From Patescibacteria group bacterium (lineage in GTDB: Bacteria; Patescibacteriota; Patescibacteriia; JACQRZ01), in the NCBI GenBank assembly GCA_038065255.1, contig JBBTRI010000001.1, positions 42,911 to 106,910 on the forward strand: a stretch of 64,000 bases of DNA, written 5' to 3'. How positions within the stretch are numbered: the first letter of the stretch is position 1; every line of letters begins with the position of its first letter. The translations under genes and the position numbers were made by a program. The notes beneath the pieces are model-generated. The model made no database searches, had not been told where the DNA came from, and was given only the letters and a program-made list of their open reading frames with translations. Of the stretch, positions 51,992 to 62,577 are shown piece after piece.

Positions 51992-54664
51992 TCAATCCTT
52001 TGCCGTTGCTGCAATTTTTGCTGTGCTTTTTTGCTTTGTGGTGCGGTTTGCAATCTTCATGACAACCTGATCTTTTGAGATGTCAATATGCACCGTGTCT
52101 CCTTCTGAAAGGCTTCCATCGATCATTTGTGATGCCAGAGGATTTGCGATATATGACTGAACGGCTCGCTTGAGAGGGCGTGCGCCGTAATATGCATCAA
52201 ATCCGCGCTCGATAAGAAACAACATCACTGCATCCGTGTATGTAATGCGCATATCCTGCTCGGCAACCCGTTTGCATAGTGCATCAAGCTGGATTGTGAC
52301 GATTCGTTTCATATTCTCTTGCGTGAGGGGATGAAAGACAATGATTTCGGTAATGCGATTGAGGAATTCCGGTCGGAAATGTTTTTGCAATAATTCAGTG
52401 ATTGCATTTTTCATTTCCCCTTCATTAATAAGCGTACGAGTTCGATCCTCACTGGTAAAACCAATCACTGATTCTTTTATGAGGTCGCCGCCAAGATTTG
52501 ATGTCATAATGACAATTGTATTTTTGAAGTTTACCTTTCTCCCTTTTGCATCGGTGAGATGGCCATCGTCAAGAATCTGCAACAAAACATTGAAAATTTC
52601 AGAGTGGGCTTTTTCGATCTCATCAAAAAGGATAACGCTGTAGGGTTTGCGCCGAACTTTTTCTGTTAGTTGGCCGCCTTCGTCATAACCAACATATCCG
52701 GGAGGGGATCCGATAAGACGCGATACGGAATGCTTTTCGCTGAATTCGCTCATATCCACTCGGATGAGTGATTGTTCATCATTGAACATGAATGAAGCAA
52801 GCGCTTTCGCAAGTTCTGTTTTACCCACGCCCGTAGGTCCGATAAAAAGGAATGAACCAAGCGGTTGGTTTTCGTCCGAAAGGCCCGCGCGTGAGCGTCG
52901 CAATGCATTTGCTACCGCAACAATCGCTTCTTCCTGTCCGATAACGCGTCCTTGCAATTGCACTTCAGCATCTTTCAATTTTTCAGCTTCATTTTCAAGC
53001 ATCTTAAATGCAGGGATGCCCGTCCATCGCGCTACAACAGCCGCAATGTCTTCTTCGGTTACTTCTTCTTTTAGAAATCGATGCTTTTTTTGGAGGGATA
53101 CAAGTTTTACCGATATGGCTTTAAGCTCTTTTTCGAGACCGGGAATTTCACCGTAGCGGATTTTTGCCACTTTAGCGAGATCTACTTTACGCTCTGCAAT
53201 ATCGGCTTCCTGTTTGAGATTTTCACTTTTTTCTCTGAGTGTGCGGATTTGCGTGATGAGTTCTTTTTCCGACTTCCAATCCATTTCCATTTTTTGGGAT
53301 TCTTCTTTGATTTCCGCAAGTTCTTTTTCAAGTTCTTTCAGACGATCTTTTGCATGTTTGTCCGTTTCTTTTTGAAGCGCTTGTTTTTCTATCTCAAGCT
53401 TAAGGAGTTTTCGTTTGAGTAGGTCTAGTTCAACCGGTTGGCTGTCGATTTGAAGCCGTATTGCCGATGTTGCTTCGTCGATAAGATCAATTGCTTTGTC
53501 TGGAAGAAACCGATCGGAAATATAGCGGTTTGAAAGTTGGGCGGCAGCAACAATGGCGCCATCCGTGATGCGCACGCCATGGTGTACTTCATATTTTTCT
53601 TTGATTCCTCGCAAAACTGCAATGGTATCATCGACATTCGGTTCAACAACCATAATTGGCTGGAATCTGCGCTCGAACGCCGGATCTTTCTCGATATGTT
53701 TCTGATACTCTTTAAGTGTTGTTGCGCCGATTGCACGGAGCTCTCCGCGAGCAAGTGCCGGCTTTAAGAGGTTTGACGCATCGATAGCACCTTCAGCTCC
53801 GCCTGCCCCGACAATTGTATGAAGCTCATCCATGAACAGGATGATTTTACCCGCACTCTGTGTAATTTCTTTCATGACTGCTTTCAAGCGGTCTTCAAAA
53901 TCTCCACGAAACTTTGTCCCAGCAACAAGTGCGCCGATATCCAGCGCAAGCACTTCTTTGTCTTTCAGTGAATCGGGAATATCACCAGCGACAATGCGCT
54001 GTGCAAGACCCTCGACAATGGCTGTTTTTCCAACTCCGGCTTCGCCGATAAGCACGGGGTTATTTTTTGTGCGTCGTGAGAGAACCTGAACAACTCGGCG
54101 AATTTCTTCGTCGCGTCCGATGATTGGATCCAGCTTTTCGTGCCGCGCTTGGTCGGTGAGGTTGATGGCATATTTTGCGAGCGCTTGATATTTGCTTTCC
54201 GGATCAGGATCGGTGATTTTGTGCGATCCGCGTAATTGCGCCAAGATCTTGAGTACGGTATCAAATGTGATTGCGTGGGAATCGAGGATTGGCCGAATGA
54301 GGGATGGAACATTCAGTAAACCCAAGAACAAATGCTCTGTTCCAATATACTCATCACCAATAGTTTTTGCCTGGTTTTGAGCTTCATTGAGTATTTGAGC
54401 TGTTTCTTTTGCTATATAGAGTTGTCCCGTGAAGCCTCCCATAAGGCGGGGGAGGTACTTGAGCTCTTCCTCGCACGCCTCAATGACACTTTGGATGTTG
54501 ACTTCAATTTTTTGTAAAATACTGGGAACAATACTTTCTTGCTGGCGTATAAGTGCAATAAAAAGATGGAGGGGTGTGAGTTCCTGATGGCTCTGCTCAC
54601 TGGCGAGCATTTGCGCTTGCTGCAATGCTTCCTGGGCTCGGGTAGTGAAGTTTTGGTTTATCAT
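51992..54664 (-). CDS. clpB: Chaperone ClpB
   Basis: Two AAA+ modules (GEAGVGKT; GPTGVGKT), a long coiled-coil middle domain, and the N-domain FTTRAQEAL. The start is set at MINQNF. Confidence 0.9.
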   Translation of the reverse strand: MINQNFTTRAQEALQQAQMLASEQSHQELTPLHLFIALIRQQESIVPSILQKIEVNIQSVIEACEEELKYLPRLMGGFTGQLYIAKETAQILNEAQNQAKTIGDEYIGTEHLFLGLLNVPSLIRPILDSHAITFDTVLKILAQLRGSHKITDPDPESKYQALAKYAINLTDQARHEKLDPIIGRDEEIRRVVQVLSRRTKNNPVLIGEAGVGKTAIVEGLAQRIVAGDIPDSLKDKEVLALDIGALVAGTKFRGDFEDRLKAVMKEITQSAGKIILFMDELHTIVGAGGAEGAIDASNLLKPALARGELRAIGATTLKEYQKHIEKDPAFERRFQPIMVVEPNVDDTIAVLRGIKEKYEVHHGVRITDGAIVAAAQLSNRYISDRFLPDKAIDLIDEATSAIRLQIDSQPVELDLLKRKLLKLEIEKQALQKETDKHAKDRLKELEKELAEIKEESQKMEMDWKSEKELITQIRTLREKSENLKQEADIAERKVDLAKVAKIRYGEIPGLEKELKAISVKLVSLQKKHRFLKEEVTEEDIAAVVARWTGIPAFKMLENEAEKLKDAEVQLQGRVIGQEEAIVAVANALRRSRAGLSDENQPLGSFLFIGPTGVGKTELAKALASFMFNDEQSLIRVDMSEFSEKHSVSRLIGSPPGYVGYDEGGQLTEKVRRKPYSVILFDEIEKAHSEIFNVLLQILDDGHLTDAKGRKVNFKNTIVIMTSNLGGDLIKESVIGFTSEDRTRTLINEGEMKNAITELLQKHFRPEFLNRITEIIVFHPLTQENMKRIVTIQLDALCKRVAEQDMRITYTDAVMLFLIERGFDAYYGARPLKRAVQSYIANPLASQMIDGSLSEGDTVHIDISKDQVVMKIANRTTKQKSTAKIAATAKD

Positions 54665-54795
54665 AAGGGGTATAATAAAAATTAGCAGTCTAGCTTTGAG
54701 ATTGCTAATTTGAGTATATGGCAAAAATGTCCTGTTGTCAAGAGCGTTGCCGTGTTGCTTTTCGCTTCACTTCTTGCTATAATCATGAGTAATTT

Positions 54796-55569
54796 ATGCA
54801 ACAGTCAACCATTACAATACTGGATGTGAAACTTGATTGCGGGACATTTAATGATATGATTGCGCGGTGTAAGCAGTGGCTCACTGAGTCTCCTGCAGCG
54901 TTTCACCGTATTGTGACGATTAATCCTGAATTCGTAATGGAGGCGCAGGATAATATGCATTTTCGCGAAGTATTGAATTCTGCTGATTTACGAGTAACTG
55001 ATGGAGTCGGATTGGTATTTGGTTCATTGTTTCTTAAGGGATTGAATGATCGCCTTCATCGCTGTACCGGAGTTGATCTTACATGGAAACTTGCTGAATT
55101 ATGCTACGTTCTCCATAAGAAAATGTATCTTATTGGCGCATCCGACGGTATGGCAAAAAATGTTGCGCAGTCAGCAGCGCGAGTCATTGAAAAAAAATAT
55201 CCCGGAGTTATTGTTGGTGCGCTTGACGGCTTGAAACGGGGGGGTGAAGAATCGGATAGTGAGAATGAGTATGTATCCGAGCAGATACGCACTTCTCAAG
55301 CTGATGTACTTCTGGTTGCTATTGGAGCTCCAAAGCAAGATCTTTGGCTCGCTCGGTATGGAGCAGCATTGCCAACGGTGAGAATAGCACTTGGGGCAGG
55401 GGGGACGTTGGATTATATCGCCGGCGTCGTGCCGCGCGCACCGCGTGCAATTCGCAAACTCGGGTTTGAGTGGCTCTATCGGCTTATCAATCAGCCCCGC
55501 CGCTTAAATCGTATTATTACTGCAACCGTGCGCTATCCTCTTGCGCTTATGCGACAGAAATTTCACTAA
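54796..55569 (+). CDS. WecB/TagA/CpsF-family glycosyltransferase
   Basis: Family-typical RVTDGVGLVFGS and AIGAPKQDLWLAR. Confidence 0.7.
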   Translation: MQQSTITILDVKLDCGTFNDMIARCKQWLTESPAAFHRIVTINPEFVMEAQDNMHFREVLNSADLRVTDGVGLVFGSLFLKGLNDRLHRCTGVDLTWKLAELCYVLHKKMYLIGASDGMAKNVAQSAARVIEKKYPGVIVGALDGLKRGGEESDSENEYVSEQIRTSQADVLLVAIGAPKQDLWLARYGAALPTVRIALGAGGTLDYIAGVVPRAPRAIRKLGFEWLYRLINQPRRLNRIITATVRYPLALMRQKFH

Positions 55570-55572
55570 GCT

Positions 55573-55980
55573 ATGTATCTCTTTCTTGACACATCTACTC
55601 CGGAACGGATTCAGTTCTTTTTTGCAACCGAAAAGAAGATTCTTTCTAAAAAAATACTCACACAAAAGCGACCCCTAAGGATTGATGTGCTATTTCAACT
55701 ATCTAAAACGTTAAAACGCTTTAGAAAAACTCCACGTGCAGTTCTTGGCATTGCCGTAGTGGTGGGCCCGGGATATTTTTCTCATCTTCGTACCGGTATA
55801 GCCATTGCGAATACATGGTCATTTGTTTTTGGCACCCCGCTTATCGGTATTCCAACGGACCAGTTTTTAGGCGATTTGATCTTTGTTCAAAAAACAATCT
55901 CATCATTAAAGCGTCAAAAGAGAGGAGTGTTACTTATCCCGCAGTACGGTAGAGAACCAACAATTACAAAGAAATCCTGA
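55573..55980 (+). CDS. Short TsaB(YeaZ)-like N-terminal-domain protein, tentative
   Basis: LFLDTSTPERIQFFFATE resembles the TsaB N-terminal ASKHA motif, but it is only 135 aa. Confidence 0.3.
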   Translation: MYLFLDTSTPERIQFFFATEKKILSKKILTQKRPLRIDVLFQLSKTLKRFRKTPRAVLGIAVVVGPGYFSHLRTGIAIANTWSFVFGTPLIGIPTDQFLGDLIFVQKTISSLKRQKRGVLLIPQYGREPTITKKS

Positions 55981-56007
55981 ATAACAACTTTTTTTACTAG
56001 ATTATTA

Positions 56008-56034
56008 CAAGGCATATAGAATGCCTTGTTTTTA
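56008..56034 (+). terminator. Rho-independent terminator
   Basis: Perfect 8-bp stem caaggcat/atgccttg with a 5-nt loop, followed by ttttt. Confidence 0.6.
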
Positions 56035-56065
56035 TACACAGGGGGTGGTTGAAAAGGCAATAAAA

Positions 56066-56111
56066 GTGGTGTATAGTAGGTGTATAGGGGAGAAAAGTGG
56101 GAAAAAGTGGG
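56066..56111 (+). promoter_or_regulatory. Putative MraZ operator: five 10-bp-phased GTGGG-like direct repeats
   Basis: GTGGT(56066), GTAGG(56076), AGGGG(56086), GTGGG(56097), GTGGG(56107); the last two are exactly GTGGG-N5-GTGGG. Confidence 0.5.
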
Positions 56112-56337
56112 GATAACTCCACATAATTGTTCATAACAAAGGCTTTTGAAAGGAAACGCTTGTCCGTCTGTTATCGGCAATCCATGCATGTCCGAGAGGG
56201 CGGACCAGGCGTTTCCCGCGAAAAGCTTTGCGGGGGGAGTCCATGCTTGTCGTGCGGTTTCTCATTACACATAATCAGGTCCTTCGGGCCTATGCCTCTT
56301 TCTATCTTAATGAAAGAGGCTTGTCCGTCTCACGTTC

Positions 56338-56769
56338 ATGTTTATTGGGGAATATCGTCACACGTTGGATACAAAAGGAAGACTGGCGATCCCAGTGAAG
56401 TTTCGTAATGCCCTTGAGCGCGGTGCGGTTGTGACAAAAGGCATCGATCGTTGTTTGGTTCTCTATCCCTTGAAAGAATGGAATGCGCTTGCCGAGCGAA
56501 TCTCCCAGCTTCCCACAAGCCAGGCAGATACGCGTGCGTTTAGTCGAATGACACTGGCATCAGCAATGGATGTTGCTTGTGACAATCAGGGACGCATTAT
56601 TGTACCGGAATACCTTCGAGACTATGCGACAATGCACAAGAATGTCATTTTGGCAGGTCTTTACAATCGAATCGAACTCTGGGACGAGGGAGTATGGCAG
56701 GAGTATAAGACAGCAACAGAAGAGAATAGTGGCGATATTGCAGAACGGCTCAGCACGTTTGGCGTCTAA
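56338..56769 (+). CDS. mraZ: Transcriptional regulator MraZ
   Basis: MFIGEYRHTLDTKGRLAIP...; two SpoVT/AbrB-like repeats. Confidence 0.9.
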   Translation: MFIGEYRHTLDTKGRLAIPVKFRNALERGAVVTKGIDRCLVLYPLKEWNALAERISQLPTSQADTRAFSRMTLASAMDVACDNQGRIIVPEYLRDYATMHKNVILAGLYNRIELWDEGVWQEYKTATEENSGDIAERLSTFGV

Positions 56770-56772
56770 TGT

Positions 56773-57663
56773 ATGATTCAGCATGAATCGGTCATGCTTA
56801 AAGAAGTTCAAGAATTCTTGGATGTTCATTCACAACAAGACTATATCGACTGTACGCTAGGGGGTGGTGGATATACCCGAGCAATACTTGAACAGAATGG
56901 TCCGCAAGGGAGAGTGCTTGCAATCGACGCAGATATTCAAACAACAGTTCGGACAAAAAAAGCATTAGCTGAATTTGGCAAGCGCCTTGTGGTCCAGTGC
57001 GGAAATTTCAAAAATGTTCATTCAATAGCTCAGACGACGGGGTTTGAAAAAGTGTCTGGCATTGTCTACGATTTAGGACTTTCGACAGATATACTTACAT
57101 CAAGTGGCAGAGGATTTAGTTTTCTTGCCGATGAACCTCTTGATATGAGATTCTCAGCCGATAGTGGGTATACTGCCGCAGAGCTGATAGCAAGCCTTAA
57201 AGAACAAGAACTTGCAAACATACTTTGGCAATTTGGTGAAGAACGGTTCAGTAGGAGAATTGCAAAGGCTCTGTGCCAGGCAAGAAAAAAGGAACGTATA
57301 ACAACCACAGCATTATTAACACGTGTGATCGAATCCGCAGTACCTGCAGGGTATCGGCATGGAAAGATTCATTGTGCAACGCGTACCTATCAAGCGCTTC
57401 GCATGGCAGTAAATGATGAACTACCCACAATTGAATCTTCATTGGCGCAGAGCTATGAGCTATTGCAGCCAGGCGGTCGGATAGTCGTTGTATCATTCCA
57501 TTCTCTGGAAGATCGGGTAGTAAAAAATACATTCAAACAATTTCGGCAAAACAACAACGCACACATTATTACAAAAAAACCAATTCAACCAACATACACA
57601 GAAAAGCGAACCAATCCAAAATGCAGAAGCGCAAAATTGCGATGCATTCAAAGGGGATTGTAA
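56773..57663 (+). CDS. rsmH: 16S rRNA m4C1402 methyltransferase RsmH
   Basis: IDCTLGGGGYT, VYDLGLS, SFHSLEDRVVK. Confidence 0.9.
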   Translation: MIQHESVMLKEVQEFLDVHSQQDYIDCTLGGGGYTRAILEQNGPQGRVLAIDADIQTTVRTKKALAEFGKRLVVQCGNFKNVHSIAQTTGFEKVSGIVYDLGLSTDILTSSGRGFSFLADEPLDMRFSADSGYTAAELIASLKEQELANILWQFGEERFSRRIAKALCQARKKERITTTALLTRVIESAVPAGYRHGKIHCATRTYQALRMAVNDELPTIESSLAQSYELLQPGGRIVVVSFHSLEDRVVKNTFKQFRQNNNAHIITKKPIQPTYTEKRTNPKCRSAKLRCIQRGL

Positions 57664-57679
57664 TCCATTAAAACAAACT

Positions 57680-58042
57680 ATGTCCCCAGCCCTTCAGATG
57701 ATGAAAGCAAAACTTCTTCAGACAGCGCTTGTGAATGAACAGCAGCGCAACAGCCAATCCTCAAAGCAAAAGAGCGCAAATAGCATGCTGCTGTTGACAA
57801 TACTTTTTTTTGGCGTAGTGTACCTCATACAAATTAACTTTCTTGCCACACGCGGGTATGTGATGAAGGATTTGGATAAGCAGATTGCATCTATAAAGAA
57901 AGAGCAGGAAGCTACTCATATACGTATTCTTGAAGCGCAGGGGTTGAGTAGGTTGCAGGGTAAAATCGATACGCTTGGAATGGTTCGCAGTGATTCGATA
58001 GAATATGTAGCTACTCAAGAAACCGTGGCAGTTGTGAGATAG
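57680..58042 (+). CDS. ftsL: FtsL-like cell-division protein
   Basis: Single TM then a coiled coil; its position between rsmH and ftsI. Confidence 0.5.
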   Translation: MSPALQMMKAKLLQTALVNEQQRNSQSSKQKSANSMLLLTILFFGVVYLIQINFLATRGYVMKDLDKQIASIKKEQEATHIRILEAQGLSRLQGKIDTLGMVRSDSIEYVATQETVAVVR

Positions 58043-58102
58043 AAGTGCTGGGGCAGGAGGTAAAGAGAAGGGGCTGTTTTTCTGTGGGCCCCTTCTCTTT
58101 GT

Positions 58103-59911
58103 TTGTCAGCTTCTATGAAATCGTTTTCAAGGCATACATCGTCTTCAAAAACATCTTCGCATATGCGTACAGTTTTTATGCGGGGTATTATTTGTCTTTT
58201 TGCTTTTACGCTTATAGTGCGACTCTTTATGCTACAGATAGTCGGCTACGCTGATTATAAAGATGCCGCGGATGGCGAACATACGTTTTATAAAAAATTA
58301 TTTCCAAAACGCGGAGAGATGTTCATTCGAGAATATAAGCGGGATTCTGCGCTTGAATCCTTTCTTATCGATCGTCAAGGGGAAAAAGTATTTCCTGCGG
58401 TGACAAATCATGAATTCACTCTTATTTATGCAGATCCGCGACACATTGAAGATCCTCTCCATGCAGCCGAAGTAATTGCTCCGATTCTTGAACTTGATAG
58501 TGAAGCACTAGTGAAAAAATTTCAAAAGAAGGGAGATGCATATGAAGTGGTAAAGCACAAAGTATCTGATGAACATACGCAGAAGATTCGCGACCTTGCA
58601 CTGAAAGGCATACTTTTTGCTCCGGAAGAACGAAGATATTACCCCGAACCTGGCTTGGGCGGGCATATGTTCGGATATGTAAGCTTCAATGGAGAGACGC
58701 AAAAAGGACGCTACGGTCTTGAGGGGTATTTCGATGAAATTCTACGAGGGAAGGAAGGATCACTAAAATTAGAGACTGATGCAATCGGCACGTTGATCCC
58801 GATAGGTGATAAGCGAGTAACTGAAGCAGTCGATGGCAGTGATTTGATTCTCACTATTGATCGCACTGTGCAGCTTGTGGCATGCGATAAGTTAAAAAAA
58901 TGGGTCATTCAGCATGGAGCAGATGGAGGGTCGATCATTATACAAGATCCTAAGACTGGGGCCATTAGAGCGCTCTGTGCTACGCCGGATTTTGACCCGG
59001 CACAGTATGGAAAAACGGATATTAAAACATTCAACAATCCGGCGATTTTTTCTCCCTATGAGCCCGGATCAGTGTTTAAGGCATTCACTATGGCAATAGG
59101 CCTTGAAGTAGAAAAAGTAACACCAACCACGACTTACACTGACACCGGAAGTGTGAAAATAGGGAACTATACAATAAAAAATTCAGACGGCAAGGCACAT
59201 GGACTCCAAACAATGATGGGTGTTTTGGATGAATCGTTGAATACCGGTACGATATTTGTTGCAAGAAAGGTGGGAATTGAACAGTTCCGCAAGTATCTGA
59301 AATCATTTGGATTTGGCTCTCTTACAGGTATTGATCTGGATACTGAAGTTGCCGGCACGATTAGTTCTCTTGATCAAAAAAACAGCGACATTTATATGGC
59401 GACGGCATCCTTTGGACAGGGGATTACCCTAACACCGCTACAGCTTGTCACTGCATATTCAGCGCTGGCAAATGGCGGCAAGCTCATGAAGCCTTATATT
59501 GTTGACCGGATTTTGAAGCCTGATGGAGGAGTTATAAAAACAGAGCCACAGGTTGTGCGGCAGGTTATTTCTCAACGGACATCGGATCTTATTGGAGGAA
59601 TGTTGGTGAATGTGGTGCGAAAGGGGCATGGTAAGCGCGCAGGAGTTCCTGGATATTTTGTAGCCGGAAAGACGGGTACGGCTCAAGTGCCGCTGAAAGA
59701 TAAAAAAGGATACGAACAAAATGCAACAATCGGTTCGTTTGCGGGCTATGCCCCTGTTGAACATCCTGCTTTTGTGATGCTTGTGCGCATCGACAATCCT
59801 CGAGATGTGCAATGGGCGGAAAGTTCTGCGGCCCCGCTCTTTGGCGAAATGGCGCGGTTTTTGTTACAGTATTATGAGGTACCGCCCGATGAAATAGAAC
59901 GAAAAAAATAG
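58103..59911 (+). CDS. ftsI: Penicillin-binding protein (FtsI/PBP2-type transpeptidase)
   Basis: PBP dimerisation domain plus the transpeptidase SxxK (ATASFGQ region) and KTGT. Confidence 0.85.
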   Translation: MSASMKSFSRHTSSSKTSSHMRTVFMRGIICLFAFTLIVRLFMLQIVGYADYKDAADGEHTFYKKLFPKRGEMFIREYKRDSALESFLIDRQGEKVFPAVTNHEFTLIYADPRHIEDPLHAAEVIAPILELDSEALVKKFQKKGDAYEVVKHKVSDEHTQKIRDLALKGILFAPEERRYYPEPGLGGHMFGYVSFNGETQKGRYGLEGYFDEILRGKEGSLKLETDAIGTLIPIGDKRVTEAVDGSDLILTIDRTVQLVACDKLKKWVIQHGADGGSIIIQDPKTGAIRALCATPDFDPAQYGKTDIKTFNNPAIFSPYEPGSVFKAFTMAIGLEVEKVTPTTTYTDTGSVKIGNYTIKNSDGKAHGLQTMMGVLDESLNTGTIFVARKVGIEQFRKYLKSFGFGSLTGIDLDTEVAGTISSLDQKNSDIYMATASFGQGITLTPLQLVTAYSALANGGKLMKPYIVDRILKPDGGVIKTEPQVVRQVISQRTSDLIGGMLVNVVRKGHGKRAGVPGYFVAGKTGTAQVPLKDKKGYEQNATIGSFAGYAPVEHPAFVMLVRIDNPRDVQWAESSAAPLFGEMARFLLQYYEVPPDEIERKK

Positions 59912-59912
59912 T

Positions 59913-61205
59913 ATGAAAACTTTTGTAACACACCTTGTCGTTTTGTTCGCAAAGAGGATTATCAAGAAATACCGACCAATAATCATTGGTATTACAGGAA
60001 GTGTGGGAAAAACGTCGGCAAAGGAGGCTATCGCCCTTGCGCTCAGATCGCATACATGCGTGCGCGCAAGTGTAGGAAATTTTAACACCGAAATCGGCGT
60101 TCCACTTGTTGTTATTGGCATCGATCAGAGCCCCGGCCGCTCGCTTCTTGCATGGCTCGGAGCACTTGTGCAAGCTGTGCGGTTGATTGTTGTCCGCGAC
60201 CCTTCGTATCCACGCGTGCTTATTCTTGAAATGGGGGCTGATAGACCGGGGGATATTAGCTACCTTACTCAATTAGCTCCCTGTACCATTGGTGCGATCA
60301 CTGCCATCGGTCCTGCTCATTTGGAAAAATTCGGGACTATGGAAGTACTCGTAAAAGAAAAAAAAGAAATGGTACGGCACCTTTCAGCCGAATCTACGGC
60401 AATTATCAATGCAGATGATCCCTTTTTATACCCCCCATCTGAGCATGTGCGCGCGCGACTTTTAACATTTGGATTTTCCTCCAATGCCGATCTTCGCATT
60501 ACTTCATATATTGACCGGTACGTCTATATGCCTCCGGAACACATGGAAATGAGCATATCATTTGAATGTCGGTTTTCTGATCAGACGGTTGAGTGTGAGC
60601 TACAGAATGCCGTAGGCAAACAATCTGCCTATGCTGCGCTCGTAGGATTGGCTACGGCCTGTGCCTTGGATATTCCTTTAAAGCAAGCTGTTCAAGATGT
60701 ACGGGAATACGTGGGGCCAAAAGGAAGAATGAAGCTGCTTGGCGGAATGAAGCAAACGCTTATTATTGATGATTCGTACAATTCATCGCCACTGGCGGCA
60801 TATGAAGCGCTTACATTCATGGAGAGTATACGAATACATGAGTATGCGCGACGCATTGCAGTGTTTGGAGATATGTTGGAACTGGGGACATTTACAGAAC
60901 AAGAACATCGCAAACTTGGAGAACTCTGCGTTCAAAAAGGAGTGGATATCCTTGTTACTATCGGCAGTGCTGCAAAGTGGATAGCAGATGGTGCGGCCGA
61001 GAGCGGCATTGACACATCACGTATTTTCCGGTTTGATAGAACAGAGGAAGTACATGAAGTGTTGCTTGATACTATGAAGCAGGGAGATGTAGTGCTTGTA
61101 AAAGGCTCTCAAGGCATGCGATTGGAAAAGATAGTAAAGGAAATTCTGAACGAGCCGGAACGCGCCTCTGAACTTCTTGTGCGTCAAGGGAAGGAATGGC
61201 AGTAA
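59913..61205 (+). CDS. murF: UDP-MurNAc-tripeptide--D-Ala-D-Ala ligase MurF
   Basis: ITGSVGKTSAKE P-loop and the Mur ligase middle and C-terminal domains. Confidence 0.85.
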   Translation: MKTFVTHLVVLFAKRIIKKYRPIIIGITGSVGKTSAKEAIALALRSHTCVRASVGNFNTEIGVPLVVIGIDQSPGRSLLAWLGALVQAVRLIVVRDPSYPRVLILEMGADRPGDISYLTQLAPCTIGAITAIGPAHLEKFGTMEVLVKEKKEMVRHLSAESTAIINADDPFLYPPSEHVRARLLTFGFSSNADLRITSYIDRYVYMPPEHMEMSISFECRFSDQTVECELQNAVGKQSAYAALVGLATACALDIPLKQAVQDVREYVGPKGRMKLLGGMKQTLIIDDSYNSSPLAAYEALTFMESIRIHEYARRIAVFGDMLELGTFTEQEHRKLGELCVQKGVDILVTIGSAAKWIADGAAESGIDTSRIFRFDRTEEVHEVLLDTMKQGDVVLVKGSQGMRLEKIVKEILNEPERASELLVRQGKEWQ

Positions 61206-61211
61206 CATTGT

Positions 61212-61286
61212 GCCGCTATCGTCTAGCCCGGTCCAGGACGTCTCCCTCTCACGGAGAAAACTGGGGTTCGAATCCCCATAGCGGTA
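61212..61286 (+). tRNA. tRNA-Glu (anticodon CUC); CCA not encoded
   Basis: Hand-folded cloverleaf. Acceptor GCCGCUA/UAGCGGU (G1-U72 wobble); D-arm like E. coli tRNA-Glu (UCGUCUAG...CCAGGAC); anticodon stem UCUCC/GGAGA with loop CU-CUC-AC; T-arm UGGGG-UUCGAAU-CCCCA. Confidence 0.75.
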
Positions 61287-61297
61287 AATAAGGCAAA

Positions 61298-61984
61298 TTA
61301 TGAAATACTTTTATGATACAGCGGCAGAATTTTGAATACAATAATACCTGCAAGAAGCACGGCAAAGCCGCACATGATGGATGGAACGGCTATACGACTT
61401 GAAAAGGTAATAATATAAACTATAAGTGCCGGGATGGTGAACGAAAGATATCCAAGCAATAACCAAAGATTGATCTCGCGATCACCTACTTTTTTAATAA
61501 GTGCACGAGTGAGCTGAAAAATTCCAAGAAGAATAAAAAATGTGTAGTATGATCCAAGTGCAATGCGTAACGGATCGTTCAGCTGAAAAACGACAAATCG
61601 TCCGGTGCAGTAGGTTGCTGTGAACGCTCCGGGAACGATTGCAATGCTAGTCGCTATGATGATCGCGATAGGATATGCGATGCGTATCCAGTATGTTGGA
61701 TGTGTCGTGTACGAAATAAGATGTATTCCAATTGCCGGCAAAAGGGTTATTGCGGCATAGGCAATTTTATTCCATACCACCGAGTTGCCGCTGGAGCAAA
61801 TAGTGTATTCTGCAAACTGAAAAACTGATAACAAGATAAGCGCAATTGCTGCAATCCTTCCAAAAGGAGTCTTTGAATATTTGATGCATGCTACAACAGC
61901 AAAGAATAATTCAAGTGCGCCAGTGAAAAACGTGACAAAGGGATTGAAACAGAATAATTTCTGCTGCGATGCTTTTGTTTTCAT
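61298..61984 (-). CDS. Polytopic membrane protein of unknown function
   Basis: About 7 hydrophobic helices. Confidence 0.35.
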   Translation of the reverse strand: MKTKASQQKLFCFNPFVTFFTGALELFFAVVACIKYSKTPFGRIAAIALILLSVFQFAEYTICSSGNSVVWNKIAYAAITLLPAIGIHLISYTTHPTYWIRIAYPIAIIIATSIAIVPGAFTATYCTGRFVVFQLNDPLRIALGSYYTFFILLGIFQLTRALIKKVGDREINLWLLLGYLSFTIPALIVYIITFSSRIAVPSIMCGFAVLLAGIIVFKILPLYHKSIS

Positions 61985-62040
61985 ATTTTCTACAATATAG
62001 TATACATAAAAGTATGGTCGGTGTATACTGGTGATGACAC

Positions 62041-62562
62041 TTGATTATGCGCATATTCGGCACAATTATATCAAACAAGGAGTTAGTACTCTTGATTGGT
62101 GTTCTCTGTGTTGCTGCCGGTGTGATTATTGGCGTTGCAGCAACAATACAGCGCTCAGAGCGGGATAAACTGCGCCTTACGGATGGGCAAGCTATCATGA
62201 ACGCTCTCGAAATATACAGGACGCTCTATGGCGTACTGCCGGATACAACAGAAAATGATTGCGAAGGTTGGGATGCAGGATCGTCGGTACGAGGTGAGGA
62301 CAATACATTTATTCAACAGCTTGCAGATAAAAATGTACTTAATGCTCCCAGGGAGGTTTTTGGCATTAGCAAATGCGCCTACCGCTATCAAAAATTTACC
62401 AATAATGGCTGCGGTTCAGATGTAAGCTATGCTCTGGTGGGGCTTAAACTTGAAAATACAAAAAAAGCATATCATGTAAATGATGTCATTGAGCCATGCT
62501 ATCCAGATATTTACCGTTGGACAAGCGATCCTCATTGGATAGCATTTATGATTAGAGAATAA
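62041..62562 (+). CDS. Pseudopilin/type IV pilin-like protein, tentative
   Basis: N-terminal hydrophobic helix, then RDKLRLTDGQAIMNALEIYRTLYGVLPD, which matches the GspG-like pattern after the helix. The prepilin cleavage motif is not canonical. Confidence 0.3.
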   Translation: MIMRIFGTIISNKELVLLIGVLCVAAGVIIGVAATIQRSERDKLRLTDGQAIMNALEIYRTLYGVLPDTTENDCEGWDAGSSVRGEDNTFIQQLADKNVLNAPREVFGISKCAYRYQKFTNNGCGSDVSYALVGLKLENTKKAYHVNDVIEPCYPDIYRWTSDPHWIAFMIRE

Positions 62563-62577
62563 TACAAGAATCCCAGT

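Noticed and set aside
56112-56337. Possible RNase P, SRP, tmRNA or 6S RNA gene
   Set aside because: I compared it by eye with the conserved cores (GGAAAGUCCGGGCU; GGUCCGGAAGGAAGCAGC; the tmRNA 5' end). None matched, so it is reported only as an unassigned structured leader.
56127-56408. 93-aa ORF spanning the mraZ leader and start
   Set aside because: It overlaps the mraZ start in another frame. The region is better explained as an untranslated leader with the repeat elements noted.
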